Below, one piece after another: positions 19,124 through 30,572 of a DNA stretch of 64,000 nt; the stretch's first letter is position 1, and each line of letters begins with the position of its first letter. Under the pieces are notes generated by a model. It ran no database searches. It was given only the letters and a program-made list of their open reading frames with translations, and was not told the origin of the DNA. The translations under genes and the position numbers were made by a program. Origin of the DNA: Bacillota bacterium (GTDB lineage Bacteria > Bacillota > Sulfobacillia > JAJYWN01); the NCBI GenBank assembly GCA_021791495.1, contig JAJYWN010000064.1, positions 10,139 to 74,138 of the forward strand. Direction: 5' to 3'.

Positions 19124-20546
19124 CACTTCGCACCTCCGATGATGACGTTCTGGATGCGGATGGGCGGGCAGACCCCGCTGGTGGGGAGGGGCATCTGGCC
19201 CCCCTTGCCGCAACCGCCGGCGCCGCCCCGTCCCTTGGCGTCCCGCCCGACCATGTCGATGTTTTCAAGGGTGGTGAAGACGTTCCCCATGAGCTTCACG
19301 TCCTTCACCAGTTCGGCCAGCTTGCCGTCGCGGATCATGAACCCGTGCCCGGCGTTGAAGCTGAACATCTCTCCGTTCGTCTGGCCGCCGCCGCTGCCGA
19401 CTGCGTAGACGCCCAGCTCCACCCCGGCCAGCATTTCCTCGAAGGTGCTCTCGCCTGCCGCGATGGAGGTGTTGCGCATGCGGACGATGGGCGGGAAGGT
19501 GTAGTTCAAGGCGCGCGCGCTGCCGCTGGGCGGCTCGCCCATGACGCCGGCGGTCTCGCGGGAGTGGAGCCGCCCCACCAAGATGCCATCCTTCACCAGA
19601 TAGGTGCGCCGTGTGCGGACGCCCTCGTCGTCGTAGCGCAGGTAGCCGCGGTGTTCGGGCTGCTCGCCGGTGTCGTAGATGGTGAGGATGTCGCGGCCCA
19701 GGCGGCGGCCGAGGGTCATGGCCTTGGCCAGGTCGGGGTTGCGGTAGGCGTTATCCGCCTCGCTCAGGTGTCCGAAGGCCTCATGCACGAAAAGGCCGGC
19801 CACGGCGGGGTCGCAGACCACGGTGTACACCCCGGCCTTCACCTGTGGCGCGTCCAGGAGCCGGACCGCCAGGTCGCAGGTCTCGCGCAGCTCTTCGTCG
19901 GCGCCCAGCATGCAGTCGAAACCAATGGAGCTGCCGCGCCCGATCCCCTTGGTGACCGTGGTGGCCCCGCGCCGAGCGGTGGCGGAGAGGCTGGCGCCGA
20001 TGTCGACCTTCTCTTGGTGGATGAAGGTGCCGTCGGTGTTGGCGAAGGTGAGGTCGGTGACCCGCTCGCCGTAGATGATGGCGGCGGCGGTGATGGCCGG
20101 GTCGTAGCCGAGGATGAGGTCCTTGTAACGGTCCAGGATGCGGACCTTCTCATCAAGGGTGACGCCGCGCGGGTTCAGCGTCCACGCGGGACGGTAATCC
20201 TCTTCCACGACCGGCGCCGCCGCCAGCTTCGAGGCGCCGTTCTGCTGGTCGCCGGTGAAGCGGGCCTGGCGGCAGGCCGCCCGGACCACGTCGGGGAGTT
20301 CGGCGGGGGAGTTGAAGGAGACAAAGCCCCAGCCGCCCTTCCACAGGGCGCGCACGGCGCCGCCGAAGAGCCTATCCTGGCTGATCCGGTCCAACCCGCG
20401 CCCCTGGTAGCCGATGCTGAGGACCTCGCTGTTCTCGAAGCGGACTTCGCAGTAGTCGACGTCGGCCAGCGCCAGTGCGGATTTGATGGTTTCCTTGTCC
20501 AAGGCCACGCCCGAGGCACTACCCTTGCCCAACCCGAGCTTACTCA
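19123..20546 (-). CDS. tldD: TldD-family metalloprotease
   Basis: It contains the HEAFGH (HExxxH) motif. The preferred start is TTG at 20546, preceded by GAGGGAGGGG; the ORF track's start is 20571. Confidence 0.8.
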
Positions 20547-21060
20547 ACCCGACCCCTCCCTCAGATGCCAAGTGAGACGGTACGACGGTACGTCGACAGG
20601 ATAGTTCGGGGGGCTAAGGGAATTCTCCTGTTGCTTCCAGGGCGGTTCGACGTGCCGGCTTGCTGGGTGGGCGCCGCAAAAGCGGTTTCTGAGAGTTCGG
20701 AGCACCCCGCCTATGCCCTGGGTCAGAGCTTCTCCAAACTCCAAACATGAATGGTCGGAAAAGCGGGCACTTACCGCTTAGTAACCATCCGGAAATCCGG
20801 ATAGATTCGGTAGTTATGTAACCTGCGCCCTCCGCTACGGAGCGTTTGCCTTTGCCGGAGGAGGGGAAGCATCCGGGTTTCCGGACAGTCCGGTGCGCCC
20901 GAGGGTCCGGAAAACCGACCTTTAGCCCTGAAACTTTGTACTCCTCTAGCACAAACTCGCCCCTGACAGCATGCCTAAAGGACACCTCTCTGCGCTTTCG
21001 CCATCACGGTCCCAATGACACTCCAAATGGCCTAGATAACTTGAGTTTTGCAGCGCGCAC

Positions 21061-21987
21061 CTAGAACTCCAACCTATGGCGGCCGAAGGCAGTCTTAGGA
21101 ATCCGCACCCGCGCCGTCTTCAGCGGGTCCACTACCTGACATATCTGCACATCGCAAACTAGGCTCATCAGCATGCCCAGTTCGTTGGCGGGCAGGGTGA
21201 GGCGGGCTCGGAGGAAGGCCAGGGTGTCGTCCAGGGCCTGCGCGGCTGCCTCGTCCAGACTGGGCCCCGAGGCGATGCAGTAGAAGGCATCGTCGGTCTC
21301 GAGCACCGGCCCCGTGGAGCGGCCGGGAGCCGGATCTACCAGTTCCACCTTAACCGTGACTTCCCCGGCCACCTCGACGCCGCAGACTACCACCTCGCCG
21401 TCGGCCATCACTGCATGTAGGTCGCCCATGGCCAGGTTGGCGCCCTCCACGAAAACGGGCAGGTAGAGGGTGGTGCCCGCGCCAATCAGCTTGCAGTCCA
21501 TGTTCCCGCCGTGAACCCCAGGCGTGCCGTCCGGGATATCGCCGGCTTCCGGCGCCGGGGCGGTGCCGATGACCCCGATCATGGGTCGCAAGGGCAGGCG
21601 CAGTCCGGAGTCGCCGGAGTCGCTGACGCCGAAAACCGCCTCGCCTCCTTCGACCGGAACGATCTTGGTCTGGGCGTGGGTCATGTGCTTGCCCACGGCG
21701 CCGATGCCGGGACCGGCGATCATGGTGCCCTGGAGGGCGACCTTAATGTCCTCGATGCGCACCGCCAAGACCTGGCCAGGGCGGGCGCCGCGCACGCGGA
21801 GCGGGCCGGTGGCGGGGTTGATAGTGGCCCAGTCCAGACTGGCCAAGAGATCGGTCTCGGCGTGAAGCTGGTTGGAGAAACAGTCCTTGGTCTCGAAAAC
21901 CACCGTGGCCCCCGGTTCGACCTCAGTCACCGGGGGGTTCTGGCTGTTCATGGAGTAGATGCACTTGTCGGCGGAGATGCGGATCAT
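21061..21987 (-). CDS. acetamidase/formamidase (FmdA/AmdA) family protein
   Basis: Family-like sequence starting at MIRISADKCIYSM. The upstream Arg-rich extension of the ORF is unlikely to be translated. Confidence 0.6.
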   Translation of the reverse strand: MIRISADKCIYSMNSQNPPVTEVEPGATVVFETKDCFSNQLHAETDLLASLDWATINPATGPLRVRGARPGQVLAVRIEDIKVALQGTMIAGPGIGAVGKHMTHAQTKIVPVEGGEAVFGVSDSGDSGLRLPLRPMIGVIGTAPAPEAGDIPDGTPGVHGGNMDCKLIGAGTTLYLPVFVEGANLAMGDLHAVMADGEVVVCGVEVAGEVTVKVELVDPAPGRSTGPVLETDDAFYCIASGPSLDEAAAQALDDTLAFLRARLTLPANELGMLMSLVCDVQICQVVDPLKTARVRIPKTAFGRHRLEF

Positions 21988-22238
21988 GGCCAAGGCTCCT
22001 TTCGCACTGGACTGAGGCGTCCTGGTGTTTCGGCCTAGTTCGGTGAAGTGAGGCGGCTTTCCTACTGGTGCGCCGGCCCAGCGGCGGTGGCGACGGCGAT
22101 GACACCATCTGCCCAGCTTGCGGGGCAAAGGTCGTGGAGCGGGGCGGCGTGGGCCTGTGCCGGAACCACCTGAAGGACGGAGGGTTTAGCAGCTTCCTGT
22201 AGCGAAGCCCTTGTCTGACATGGGATGGAGGATTCCCC

Positions 22239-22703
22239 TTATCGGGGGGCAAACGTCTCTGGGTGGCTGAGCAGACGACTTAGGGCTCTGGGCCAGTTGC
22301 CAGCTGGAGCAGGAAGTAGACTCTCCAGTTCGGAGACAGACGTCTTCAGGCCGACGACCGCGGACAGATCCCCGACCCGCCCCTCGACTCTTCCGATCAC
22401 CAGACTCTCAGCAGAGTCCCGCAGATCTAAGATCCGGTTCTCCAATGGCCAAGTGTACCGAAGCCCTCTGACGCTAAATCTGATTCCCAATTGCTGGGTC
22501 TGCCCCACAGCGTCCTGCAACGAAGCCGACACGCGGAGCAGGCTTGTCGTTTCAACCTTTTCGCCAACCGGGGTCAGCCCGGTTTCAGCACTCCTGAGGT
22601 CAAACAACAGACGACTGTAGTTGCTGCTCAGGACGGTCTCGTTGCTGATCTGATAGACTTTAGCGGCAGATAGAAGGCTCCAAAGGGCCAATACTATGAG
22701 CAA
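22239..22703 (-). CDS. hypothetical protein with an N-terminal signal/anchor sequence (154 aa)
   Basis: Hydrophobic N-terminus. Local GC is lower than the flanks. Confidence 0.4.
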   Translation of the reverse strand: MLIVLALWSLLSAAKVYQISNETVLSSNYSRLLFDLRSAETGLTPVGEKVETTSLLRVSASLQDAVGQTQQLGIRFSVRGLRYTWPLENRILDLRDSAESLVIGRVEGRVGDLSAVVGLKTSVSELESLLPAPAGNWPRALSRLLSHPETFAPR

Positions 22704-22802
22704 CAGCCGGCCGACATTCCTGCGTATGGACAGATATCTTCACCTGCGCTTTCCTGTTCACTCCTTTCTTACCACAGCCCCTGGTTTGAAACAGCAGGGT
22801 CT

Positions 22803-23819
22803 TCATTCCAGTACCACTTCGGTTGCAACCCCATCAGGTGCACGCCCCTCTGCGGCCTCCTTCAGCTTCGCCAGCAACTGGTGCCGGTCGGCGCCCCGGT
22901 TGTAGTTGTCAAGAGTCCGATCCCACGCCGTTTTGCCAATGCCGGCAAAGCCGTCATAGCGGTGGGTGACCAGTGTGCCGCCGGAGACTGCCTCCAGCGT
23001 AAAGTTCGACCGGATGGGGAACTTCCAATCGCCGCCCTCTTCGAACCACGACAGGACCAGGGACTTCTCGGGTTCCATCTCGAGCACATACCCACTAATG
23101 TGCATGTCGAACTCCGGTACGGGGAAACGGAACTGGCCACCAACCCTCATCTCGATCTCGATATCCCGTTGGAACCAGTTACGTAAGCTCTCCTGTGTAG
23201 ACATGAGCTCCCAGACGGTGCGGGGGCGGGCATCAATCTGAATCGTACGGTGCACTGCGGGCACGGTCATCCCCTCCAGATGCGTTACCGAAGTCCCTTG
23301 GTCTGCCGTCAGCTCCTTGAACAAGGCGGTGACGCGGGCGGCGATGTCGTCGCGCACGCGGCGGAAGACGGCGAGCACCTCATCCTCGGTGCCCTTGGCG
23401 CGTGCCGGGTCGGGGAGGGGCCAGTGGACTTTCCGAACGCCCGGCGGCAGCACCGGGCAATGCTCGTCGGCATCGCCACACAAAGTGACCACCAGGTCGA
23501 GGTCGGGCAGTATGGCGGGGTCCAGGAGTTTCGAGGTGTGCCCGGAAATGTCCACCCCGACCTCGGCCATGACCTGGACAGCCCGCGGGTTCAAGCCGGC
23601 CGGCTCCAGACCGGCGCTGGCGACTTCCCAATGGGTGTTGCGTCCGTCGCCGCCGGCCGCCACGCCACCGGCCGCCACGCCGCCGCCCGCGCCGCTGTCA
23701 CCGGAACCGCCCACCCCGCCCCGATCCAAAGCCCGGGCGAACCCCTCCGCCATCTGGCTGCGGCAGGAGTTGCCGGTGCATAGGAACAGAACGCGCATAG
23801 GCCCTTTGGCGTCTTTCAT
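22803..23819 (-). CDS. arsC: arsenate reductase (LMW-PTPase / thioredoxin-coupled ArsC family) fused to a C-terminal SRPBCC (AHSA1-like) domain
   Basis: N-terminal [17 protein letters not shown]-loop with a Gly/Ala-rich insertion. The C-terminal ~140 aa are SRPBCC-like. Confidence 0.75.
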   Translation of the reverse strand: MKDAKGPMRVLFLCTGNSCRSQMAEGFARALDRGGVGGSGDSGAGGGVAAGGVAAGGDGRNTHWEVASAGLEPAGLNPRAVQVMAEVGVDISGHTSKLLDPAILPDLDLVVTLCGDADEHCPVLPPGVRKVHWPLPDPARAKGTEDEVLAVFRRVRDDIAARVTALFKELTADQGTSVTHLEGMTVPAVHRTIQIDARPRTVWELMSTQESLRNWFQRDIEIEMRVGGQFRFPVPEFDMHISGYVLEMEPEKSLVLSWFEEGGDWKFPIRSNFTLEAVSGGTLVTHRYDGFAGIGKTAWDRTLDNYNRGADRHQLLAKLKEAAEGRAPDGVATEVVLE

Positions 23820-24941
23820 CTATCTGCCCCCCGCCTTTCCGGCGCCAGCGGCAGCAGCACCACCGTTGCCCTTGCCTTCCCCGAAATACCGCCGCGCGAA
23901 ACCCAAGGCCACGTTCACCAGCCCCAGCATCACCGGCACCTCGATCAGCGGGCCGATGACGGCGGCGAAAGCCTGCCCCGAATTCAGCCCGAAGACGGCC
24001 ACCGCCACGGCGATGGCCAGCTCGAAGTTATTGCTGGCCGCCGTGAAGGAGAGGCTGGCGGTGCGCGGGTAATCGACGCCCAACCGCCGGCTGAGGAAGA
24101 ACGACACCAGGAACATGACCACGAAATAGATGATCAAGGGGATGGCGATGCGCACCACGTCGAGCGGCAGCCGCACGATGTAGCTGCCCTTCAGCGAGAA
24201 CATGACCACAATGGTGAAGAGTAGGGCGACGAGCGCCAGGGGGCTGATGCGCGGCACGAACTCCTTCTCGTACCACTCCTTGCCCTTCGCGGGGACCAGC
24301 AGCGTCCGCGTGAGGAAGCCGGCGGCGAACGGGATGCCAAGGTAAATGGCGACGCTCTTGGCCACCTGCCCGATAGTCACGTGCACCACGGCGCCCCGCA
24401 GCCCGAACCAGGCCGGCACCACGGTGATGAAGACGTAGGCATAGACCGAGTAGAAGAAGACCTGGAACAAAGAGTTGAAGGCCACCAGGGCGGCGGCGTA
24501 CTCGCTGTCGCCGCGCGCCAAGCTGTTCCAGACAATGACCATGGCGATGCAGCGCGCCAGCCCGATGAGGATGAGGCCGACCATGTATTCCGGGTACCCG
24601 CGCAGGAAGGTGATGGCCAGGACGAACATGAGGAGCGGGCCGATGACCCAGTTCTGCACCAACGAGAGAAGGAGCACGCGTCCGTCCTTGAACACCTTTC
24701 CCAGTTCGTTGTAGCGGACCTTCGCCAGCGGGGGGTACATCATGACGATGAGGCCGACGGCGATGGGGATGGAGGTAGTCCCCACCGACAGGCGGTCGAG
24801 GAGCGCCGCGATGCCGGGAAAGATGTAACCGAGGGCGACGCCGGCCGCCATGGCGGCCAGGATCCAAACGGTCAGCAAGCGGTCCAGTGATGAGAGTCTG
24901 GGTTGTGGTTGCGGTGGTGCTTGCGGTGCGGTGCTGTTCAC
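23820..24941 (-). CDS. acr3: arsenite efflux transporter ACR3
   Basis: Ten-TM ACR3/BART-superfamily sequence in ars-operon context. Confidence 0.85.
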   Translation of the reverse strand: MNSTAPQAPPQPQPRLSSLDRLLTVWILAAMAAGVALGYIFPGIAALLDRLSVGTTSIPIAVGLIVMMYPPLAKVRYNELGKVFKDGRVLLLSLVQNWVIGPLLMFVLAITFLRGYPEYMVGLILIGLARCIAMVIVWNSLARGDSEYAAALVAFNSLFQVFFYSVYAYVFITVVPAWFGLRGAVVHVTIGQVAKSVAIYLGIPFAAGFLTRTLLVPAKGKEWYEKEFVPRISPLALVALLFTIVVMFSLKGSYIVRLPLDVVRIAIPLIIYFVVMFLVSFFLSRRLGVDYPRTASLSFTAASNNFELAIAVAVAVFGLNSGQAFAAVIGPLIEVPVMLGLVNVALGFARRYFGEGKGNGGAAAAGAGKAGGR

Positions 24942-24958
24942 TCGAATGCGCGCCCCTC

Positions 24959-25906
24959 TCAGATGAGCCAGTTAAAGAGATACCCGATTCCCATAATTGT
25001 CGCGGCCCCGATGCCGAAGTAAATGGCGAGCAATTTCGGCTTTAGGACCTTCCGGAGGATAATGGCCTCCGGCAGCGACAGCGCCGTCACGGCCATCATG
25101 AAGGCCAGCGCCGTGCCCATGGCCATTCCCTTTTCAATAAGCGCTTTGACGATGGGGATGGTCCCGGCGGCGTTCGAGTAGAGCGGCACGCCGATGGCCA
25201 CCGCCACGGGGACGGCCAGCCAGCTACCCTTGCCGGCCACCGCCTCCAGCAGCCCTTGAGGGAAATAGCCGTGGACGAAGGCGCCGACGCCGATACCCGC
25301 TAAGACGTAGGGCCAGACCTTGCCGACGATGTCCTTCACATAGCCGCGCGCGTAGGCCAGCCGTTCCGGCCAGGAAGGGTTCTCCACCTGAGCTTCCCCC
25401 ATGCGGATCTGCCAGACGTAGTCCTCCACCAGGTGCTCCAGGCGCAGGCGGCCAAGGACGATGCCCGCGACGATGGCCACCCCAACGCCGGAGGCGATGT
25501 AGATGGCGGCGATGCGCCAGCCGAAGAGGCCCCAGAGCATGACCAGGGCCACCTCGTTCACCATGGGCGACGAGATGAGGAAGGAGAAGGTGACGCCAAG
25601 GGGTACGCCGGCTTCGACGAACCCTATGAAGAGGGGGACGGCGGAGCAGGAGCAAAAGGGCGTCACGATGCCGAGGAGGGCCGCCAGGACGTTGCCGGCG
25701 TACTCGTTGCCGCGGGCCAGGAGGCGGCGGGCCTTCTCTGGCGGGAAGAAGCTCCGGATGATGGCCACGACGAAAATGACGACGGTCAGCAGAAACAGAA
25801 CTTTGACCGAGTCGTAAAGGAAGAAGTTGACCGCCTGGCCGAGGCGGGTCTGCGGCGCAAGGCGCAGGACATCGAAAGTTAGCCAGTCGACGGCGGCGGA
25901 CCACAT
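24959..25906 (-). CDS. permease (DUF318/YraQ-like two-component permease family), ars-operon associated
   Basis: Polytopic membrane protein containing a CSCS motif. This family typically follows ArsR and thioredoxin. Confidence 0.7.
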   Translation of the reverse strand: MWSAAVDWLTFDVLRLAPQTRLGQAVNFFLYDSVKVLFLLTVVIFVVAIIRSFFPPEKARRLLARGNEYAGNVLAALLGIVTPFCSCSAVPLFIGFVEAGVPLGVTFSFLISSPMVNEVALVMLWGLFGWRIAAIYIASGVGVAIVAGIVLGRLRLEHLVEDYVWQIRMGEAQVENPSWPERLAYARGYVKDIVGKVWPYVLAGIGVGAFVHGYFPQGLLEAVAGKGSWLAVPVAVAIGVPLYSNAAGTIPIVKALIEKGMAMGTALAFMMAVTALSLPEAIILRKVLKPKLLAIYFGIGAATIMGIGYLFNWLI

Positions 25907-25918
25907 GGCGGCGCCGCT

Positions 25919-26203
25919 CTACTTTCCGTCGTTCCCGGTGGTTCCGGTGGCGGCGGTGGTCGCGGTGGTGAGCAGGCCGGCGATCTCCGCCTTCGATGGG
26001 ACACGGCCGGAAACCTTGATCGTTCCGTCGACCACGAGCGCCGGCGTGCGCATGACACCGTGCTTCATGATCTCGGCCATATCGGTGATATAGTCCAGCT
26101 GGGCGGGGAGGCCCAGTTCTTCCACCACTTCTTTCGTCAGGCGGTGGAGCTGCTGGCAACGCGCGCAGCCGGCGCCGAGCACCTTGATGTTCATAGGCGA
26201 CAT
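25919..26203 (-). CDS. thioredoxin-family protein (redox-active disulfide protein 2-like)
   Basis: A CARC redox motif within ~90 aa in ars-operon context. Confidence 0.7.
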   Translation of the reverse strand: MSPMNIKVLGAGCARCQQLHRLTKEVVEELGLPAQLDYITDMAEIMKHGVMRTPALVVDGTIKVSGRVPSKAEIAGLLTTATTAATGTTGNDGK

Positions 26204-26577
26204 GAGGTTTCTCCTTCTTTCCGTGGCGGAATACGATCGACGATGGCTTTCAGAGCTGGGATTTCGGATGGCTGGGCTGCCAGGAAGGCGTCCAAGGTTT
26301 GCCGGAACCGGGCGATCCCGTCCGTGTCACCCGAGTAGTGCGACCACTGGGCCGCCCTCCGTTCCTTAACCAGCCCGGCTCGTTTGAGTTTGGCCAGATG
26401 GACCGAGACGGTTGGTTGAGACAGGCCGATGGCGGGGACGATCTGGCAGACGCACAGCTCCTGATGGACCAGGAGCTTGAAAATCTTCAGCCTGGTTTCG
26501 TCCCCCAAGGCTTTCAGTTGGTCCAGCAGGATGTCCAAGTCCTCCATCCGCACCCTCCTCGCCTCAACTAGTCTCAT
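26191..26577 (-). CDS. arsR: ArsR/SmtB-family metalloregulatory transcriptional repressor
   Basis: HTH with an ELCVCQ metal-binding motif. Confidence 0.85.
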   Translation of the reverse strand: MRLVEARRVRMEDLDILLDQLKALGDETRLKIFKLLVHQELCVCQIVPAIGLSQPTVSVHLAKLKRAGLVKERRAAQWSHYSGDTDGIARFRQTLDAFLAAQPSEIPALKAIVDRIPPRKEGETSCRL

Positions 26578-26622
26578 AGGTATTCACCTATTTAGCATTC
26601 TGGCACACCCGCCTTCAGGGGG

Positions 26623-27852
26623 TCAAGGCTGCTTCGCCGGCTTTGGGGCCGACGCGGGCGCCCGCGCGGGCGTCGGCGCCGGCGCTGGCGTCCCCTTGGT
26701 CTGCACCGCCACCGCCGCCACCAGGGCCAGAGCCAGTAAGGCCAGTCCGTAGGTGCGGTAGAAGGAAGGGAACCCGGCAGCCTTGATCAACCGGCCGCCG
26801 AAGGCCGTGCCCACGCCGCCGCCCCCCATGAAGCAAAAGGCCACCAGCGACATGGCCGTCCCGCGCGCCTTGGCGGCGAACTCCGTGGCGATGGTGAGGA
26901 AGGTGGAGTGGGCGAACATGAATCCCAGCCCAAGGAGGATCACGGCGACCAGGAGGGCGCCCAGTTGGGTTCCGGCTGAGAAGACGAGGATGTCGGCGAC
27001 GGCCGCCGACAGGAGCCCGGCGAGAAAGGTGAACCTCCGGCCGCGCGCCGCCGCCAGCCGGCCGGACAGGCGCCCGGCCACCACCGCGGCCACGCCGAAC
27101 CCGGTCATGATCAGGCCGATGATGAGAAAGCTGTAATGATAGGTCTTCGAAATGAAGGCGCCCAGGTACGAGAAGGAGCCGACGATGAGGATGCCCTCAA
27201 AGAGGACCACGAGGTAGGTGAACAGGCTGGTCGCCCGTCCGAGGAGGCGGCCGTAAGGGGCCAGAATCTCGCTGTGGGGGTTTCGGGCCGATGGGATCTG
27301 CCTACCGGCCGTGAACAGAAGGACCGTGGAAACCACCGCCAGGAGGGAGTAGACGGCGAAAACCCCTCTCCAGCTGTAGAAATAGGCGATGCTCCCCCCG
27401 ATGGCCATGCTCAGCCCCTGCCCAAGGAAGGAGATGCCCATGAAGGTGCCGATGGCCGACTGACGCTCGGCGATCGGGAAGATATCGCCGATGAGGGCCA
27501 AGGAAACCGGCATGACCGAGGCGGCGAAGGCGCCGGTGAGCGCGCGGTAAATCGCCAGGTTGGTGAGGCTAAACGCCGTGGCGCAGAGCCCCGTGGCGAC
27601 AGTGAAGAGCAGCATCGCCACACCGATGACCTGGCGCTTCCCGAAGCGGTCGGCCAGCGGGCCGAAGACCAATTGGAACAGCCCGAAGGGGATCATATAT
27701 GCGGTGATAACGACGCCTGCCTGGACCGGATCCACGTGGAGACTGGCGGAAATAGCCGGTAGGGTGGGCGAGACCACCCAGTTATCGGCCATCGCGACGA
27801 AGCCGGCCAAGCCAAGAATGAGGAGAATGGCGCGTTTAGACAAGTAGAGCAC
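26623..27852 (-). CDS. MFS transporter (12 TMS)
   Basis: Hydropathy and MFS motifs (GPLADRFGKR). Confidence 0.8.
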   Translation of the reverse strand: MLYLSKRAILLILGLAGFVAMADNWVVSPTLPAISASLHVDPVQAGVVITAYMIPFGLFQLVFGPLADRFGKRQVIGVAMLLFTVATGLCATAFSLTNLAIYRALTGAFAASVMPVSLALIGDIFPIAERQSAIGTFMGISFLGQGLSMAIGGSIAYFYSWRGVFAVYSLLAVVSTVLLFTAGRQIPSARNPHSEILAPYGRLLGRATSLFTYLVVLFEGILIVGSFSYLGAFISKTYHYSFLIIGLIMTGFGVAAVVAGRLSGRLAAARGRRFTFLAGLLSAAVADILVFSAGTQLGALLVAVILLGLGFMFAHSTFLTIATEFAAKARGTAMSLVAFCFMGGGGVGTAFGGRLIKAAGFPSFYRTYGLALLALALVAAVAVQTKGTPAPAPTPARAPASAPKPAKQP

Positions 27853-28013
27853 CTCCGAGACCGTTGCTGCGGATTCTTTTATGGCTAAATAGTTATATGT
27901 CTATGCAAGATTGTGACACGGAAAGTGGTCATGGTCAAGAGGCTTTGAGAGATGGTCGCAACCAGGGTTAGCAAGTTCCGGCACAGAACGACAGAAACAA
28001 GGAGGCGCAACTA

Positions 28014-28463
28014 ATGGAAAATTGCCCAGCCTGTGGAGTCAGGGGCAAACCGGTGCGAGCCGTCACGTTGCGCGCCCTAGTCAAAGAGGAGCAACAGGGC
28101 CGCATCGGTCCGGGGCGCTATCGTTTCTGTGCCACCAAGGGGTGCGCTGTCATCTACTTCGCCGAAGACGGTAGCGGCGTGATCGAGAAAGAGGCCCTGA
28201 AGGTAAGGGTCGGCGTCAAGGAGTCCGAACCACCGCGTCCAGTGTGCTATTGCTTCGGTCACACCATCGAGGAAATCGTCGAGGAGGCGCGGCGCCTCGG
28301 GCGCAGCCTGATTCTGGACGATATCCGGGAGCGGGTTGAGCGCGAGGGGTGTCACTGTGAAGAGACAAACCCTCAAGGCTCATGCTGTCTGGGTGTGATC
28401 ACCAGGATCGTGGAAGAGGCCCAGCGACAGAGAGCGGTCGAACGCGGGAGCTTGCCGAACTGA
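28014..28463 (+). CDS. putative metal-binding protein (N-terminal CPxCG zinc ribbon plus a BFD-like Cys cluster domain; CopZ-associated family)
   Basis: Cys motifs CPACG, CYC and CHC...CC. Confidence 0.5.
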   Translation: MENCPACGVRGKPVRAVTLRALVKEEQQGRIGPGRYRFCATKGCAVIYFAEDGSGVIEKEALKVRVGVKESEPPRPVCYCFGHTIEEIVEEARRLGRSLILDDIRERVEREGCHCEETNPQGSCCLGVITRIVEEAQRQRAVERGSLPN

Positions 28464-28502
28464 CTTCAATCCGCAAGGACAGCTGACGACAACTGTCGAA
28501 GG

Positions 28503-28937
28503 GTGGGGGGCATAGAAACCGACCCCTTGCGTCCCACGTCCACCGCCCGTTGGAGGTTGTTGTCGATGTGCTGTGCTCCTGAGGGTTCCTCCTTTCCCCT
28601 TGACCCGCCCCACGCTCTATACCAGATTGACTGCGTCGTCAGCCCCGACCTGAAGGAACTGCAAGGGACTGTAGCAATCTCCCTGCGAAACACGTCTACG
28701 TTGACCCTCCGCCGCTTGGTTCTGAACTCTTCATCCGCCGGGTGCGTCCCGCGGGACGCCACCGTGTCCGGGAACCCGGTGGCTCTGGCGGCTGCCCAGT
28801 CCGTGTCTGCCCTATCCATTCCGTCTACCCCGGATCCACGATTCCTCTACTTGGTAGACCTGGCCGAACCGCTGACCCCAGGCGGGACGGTGGAGGTCCG
28901 TCTGGCATTCTCGACCAGACTTGACGGCGACAGATAG
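28503..28937 (+). pseudogene. M1-family aminopeptidase N-terminal beta-sandwich domain, ending at an in-frame TAG (28935..28937) that separates it from the catalytic domain in the same frame
   Basis: HALYQIDCVVSPDLKELQGTVAISLRN is M1 N-domain-like. It shares frame 0 with 28950..30572. Confidence 0.5.
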
Positions 28938-28949
28938 GGCAAGGGGATC

Positions 28950-30572
28950 GTGCTCACCGATTGGCACCCCAGGCTGTGGTGGGGTCGTCCCACCCACGAT
29001 GACTATGACGTGAAGGTTAGGGTGCCCGACGGTCATCAACTGGGAGCGACGGGCCTCCCCGACACGAAGGCCGGCGGACGGTATCGCGCGGAGAAGGTGC
29101 GTTCTTTCGGGCTGTACTTGGCCAAGGGCGTGCGGACCCTTGAAACCTCCTCCGCTGGCGTGTCGATACGTGCGCTGTTCTGGCCCGACGGGGAGAAATG
29201 CGCGGAGCTGGTCCTGTCCACCGCCGCAAACGCCGTGGACTTCTACTGGCAGCGTTTCGGCTTTTATCCGTTCACCAGCCTGACCATCATCCCGGGGGAA
29301 TACGATGAGCCCTACGGGGGGTACCCGGTGGCCACCGGTCTTATCGCCATTCACGGAATGACCAAGGTGGCTTCCGTCCCGAAACTGCACTGGCAATGGA
29401 TCACGGCCCACGAGATCGGGCACCAGTACTGGGGCGATTGGGTCTTGGAGAAAGAAAGCCCGGGGTGGCTTTGGATCGGTCTGGGCATCTACGCCGACCG
29501 CGAATATGTTCTCGCCAGGGGCCTCGGCCTGGACAAACACCGGGCGCTGGTCCACGAATATCTGTGGGGCGTCAAGCGCTATTACGATACCACCATGTCC
29601 TTAACACTGGAACAGTACGCGCGGGTCAACTTCGACTGCAACAACGTGGTCGTGCACGGCAAGGGGTTTGCCACTATCAGCGCGCTGGCGTGGGTCATGG
29701 GCCGGGACGCCTTCGACCGCTCCTATCAGCGATGCCTTCGTGAGTTCGCGGGGCGCCCGCTGGGGCCGGTGGAGTTCCAAAGGATCTGTGAAGAAGAGGC
29801 CGGCCAGGATCTGGACTGGTTCTTCAGCCAGTGGGTGCGGTCCAACCGCTACCTTTACTACCGGGTCGGCGCCGTTCGGCGGACCTCCACCGGCGCGGTG
29901 TACCGTACCGAAGTGCAGGTGGAACGGTTGGGGACGCTGAGGATGCCTGTTCCGGTGGAGGCCCGCTTCCAAGACGGAAGCCGCCAGGAAGCAACCACCG
30001 ATCGGCTGCGTGACGTCGATACCATTACCTTCACCAGCGCTTCACCCCTGGTCGATGTGATGCTCGATCCTCGCCGAGACCTGGCCATGGTGGACTGGGT
30101 GCTGAACGAAGAGGAAGGCCGCCTGGTCCGCCGGCTGGAAGCCATGGCGTGGATGCCCGAAGCCGCGGAGGTCACGGAACTCCTTGGAGCGGCGAAGGCC
30201 GTCGGTTTGCGCCACGCAGACCTGTGGTTCAAGCTGGGGATGGGTCTCTATCACGCAGGCTTGAACGAAGAGGCTCTGGAGGCATTTGCCTGGCCACTTC
30301 CGGGAGAAGTCCCTTGGGTGGCCGCGGGAGATCCCGGTTTTCGGAGCGAGAACCGGATGCGGATCCTCTTGTGCGTGTGGCAAGGGCATGTTCTCGATGT
30401 TCTGGCCCGTCGAGCGGAAGCGCTGGAAGCCTATCGGGCGGCCCTCAGCCTGTCTGCTTCTATCGGCGGTTTCCGCATCAGGCAGGACCACTACAGGCTA
30501 GTCATCGACCCAGACTGGATCCAGACGCGTCTGGAGACGCCGTTTTCCCGATCTCTAATCAACCAATCTTAG
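28950..30572 (+). CDS. M1-family zinc aminopeptidase catalytic and C-terminal domains (GAMEN-like region, HEIGHQYWGD zinc motif)
   Basis: HExxH-x18-E gluzincin signature. GTG start downstream of the TAG. Confidence 0.75.
   Translation: MLTDWHPRLWWGRPTHDDYDVKVRVPDGHQLGATGLPDTKAGGRYRAEKVRSFGLYLAKGVRTLETSSAGVSIRALFWPDGEKCAELVLSTAANAVDFYWQRFGFYPFTSLTIIPGEYDEPYGGYPVATGLIAIHGMTKVASVPKLHWQWITAHEIGHQYWGDWVLEKESPGWLWIGLGIYADREYVLARGLGLDKHRALVHEYLWGVKRYYDTTMSLTLEQYARVNFDCNNVVVHGKGFATISALAWVMGRDAFDRSYQRCLREFAGRPLGPVEFQRICEEEAGQDLDWFFSQWVRSNRYLYYRVGAVRRTSTGAVYRTEVQVERLGTLRMPVPVEARFQDGSRQEATTDRLRDVDTITFTSASPLVDVMLDPRRDLAMVDWVLNEEEGRLVRRLEAMAWMPEAAEVTELLGAAKAVGLRHADLWFKLGMGLYHAGLNEEALEAFAWPLPGEVPWVAAGDPGFRSENRMRILLCVWQGHVLDVLARRAEALEAYRAALSLSASIGGFRIRQDHYRLVIDPDWIQTRLETPFSRSLINQS

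Noticed and set aside
19345-20604. 419-aa plus-strand ORF antisense to tldD (and similar antisense ORFs inside korA, the ACR3 gene, gyrA and others)
   Set aside because: These are shadow ORFs opposite well-supported genes, with low-complexity Gly/Asp/Ala/Val-rich translations.
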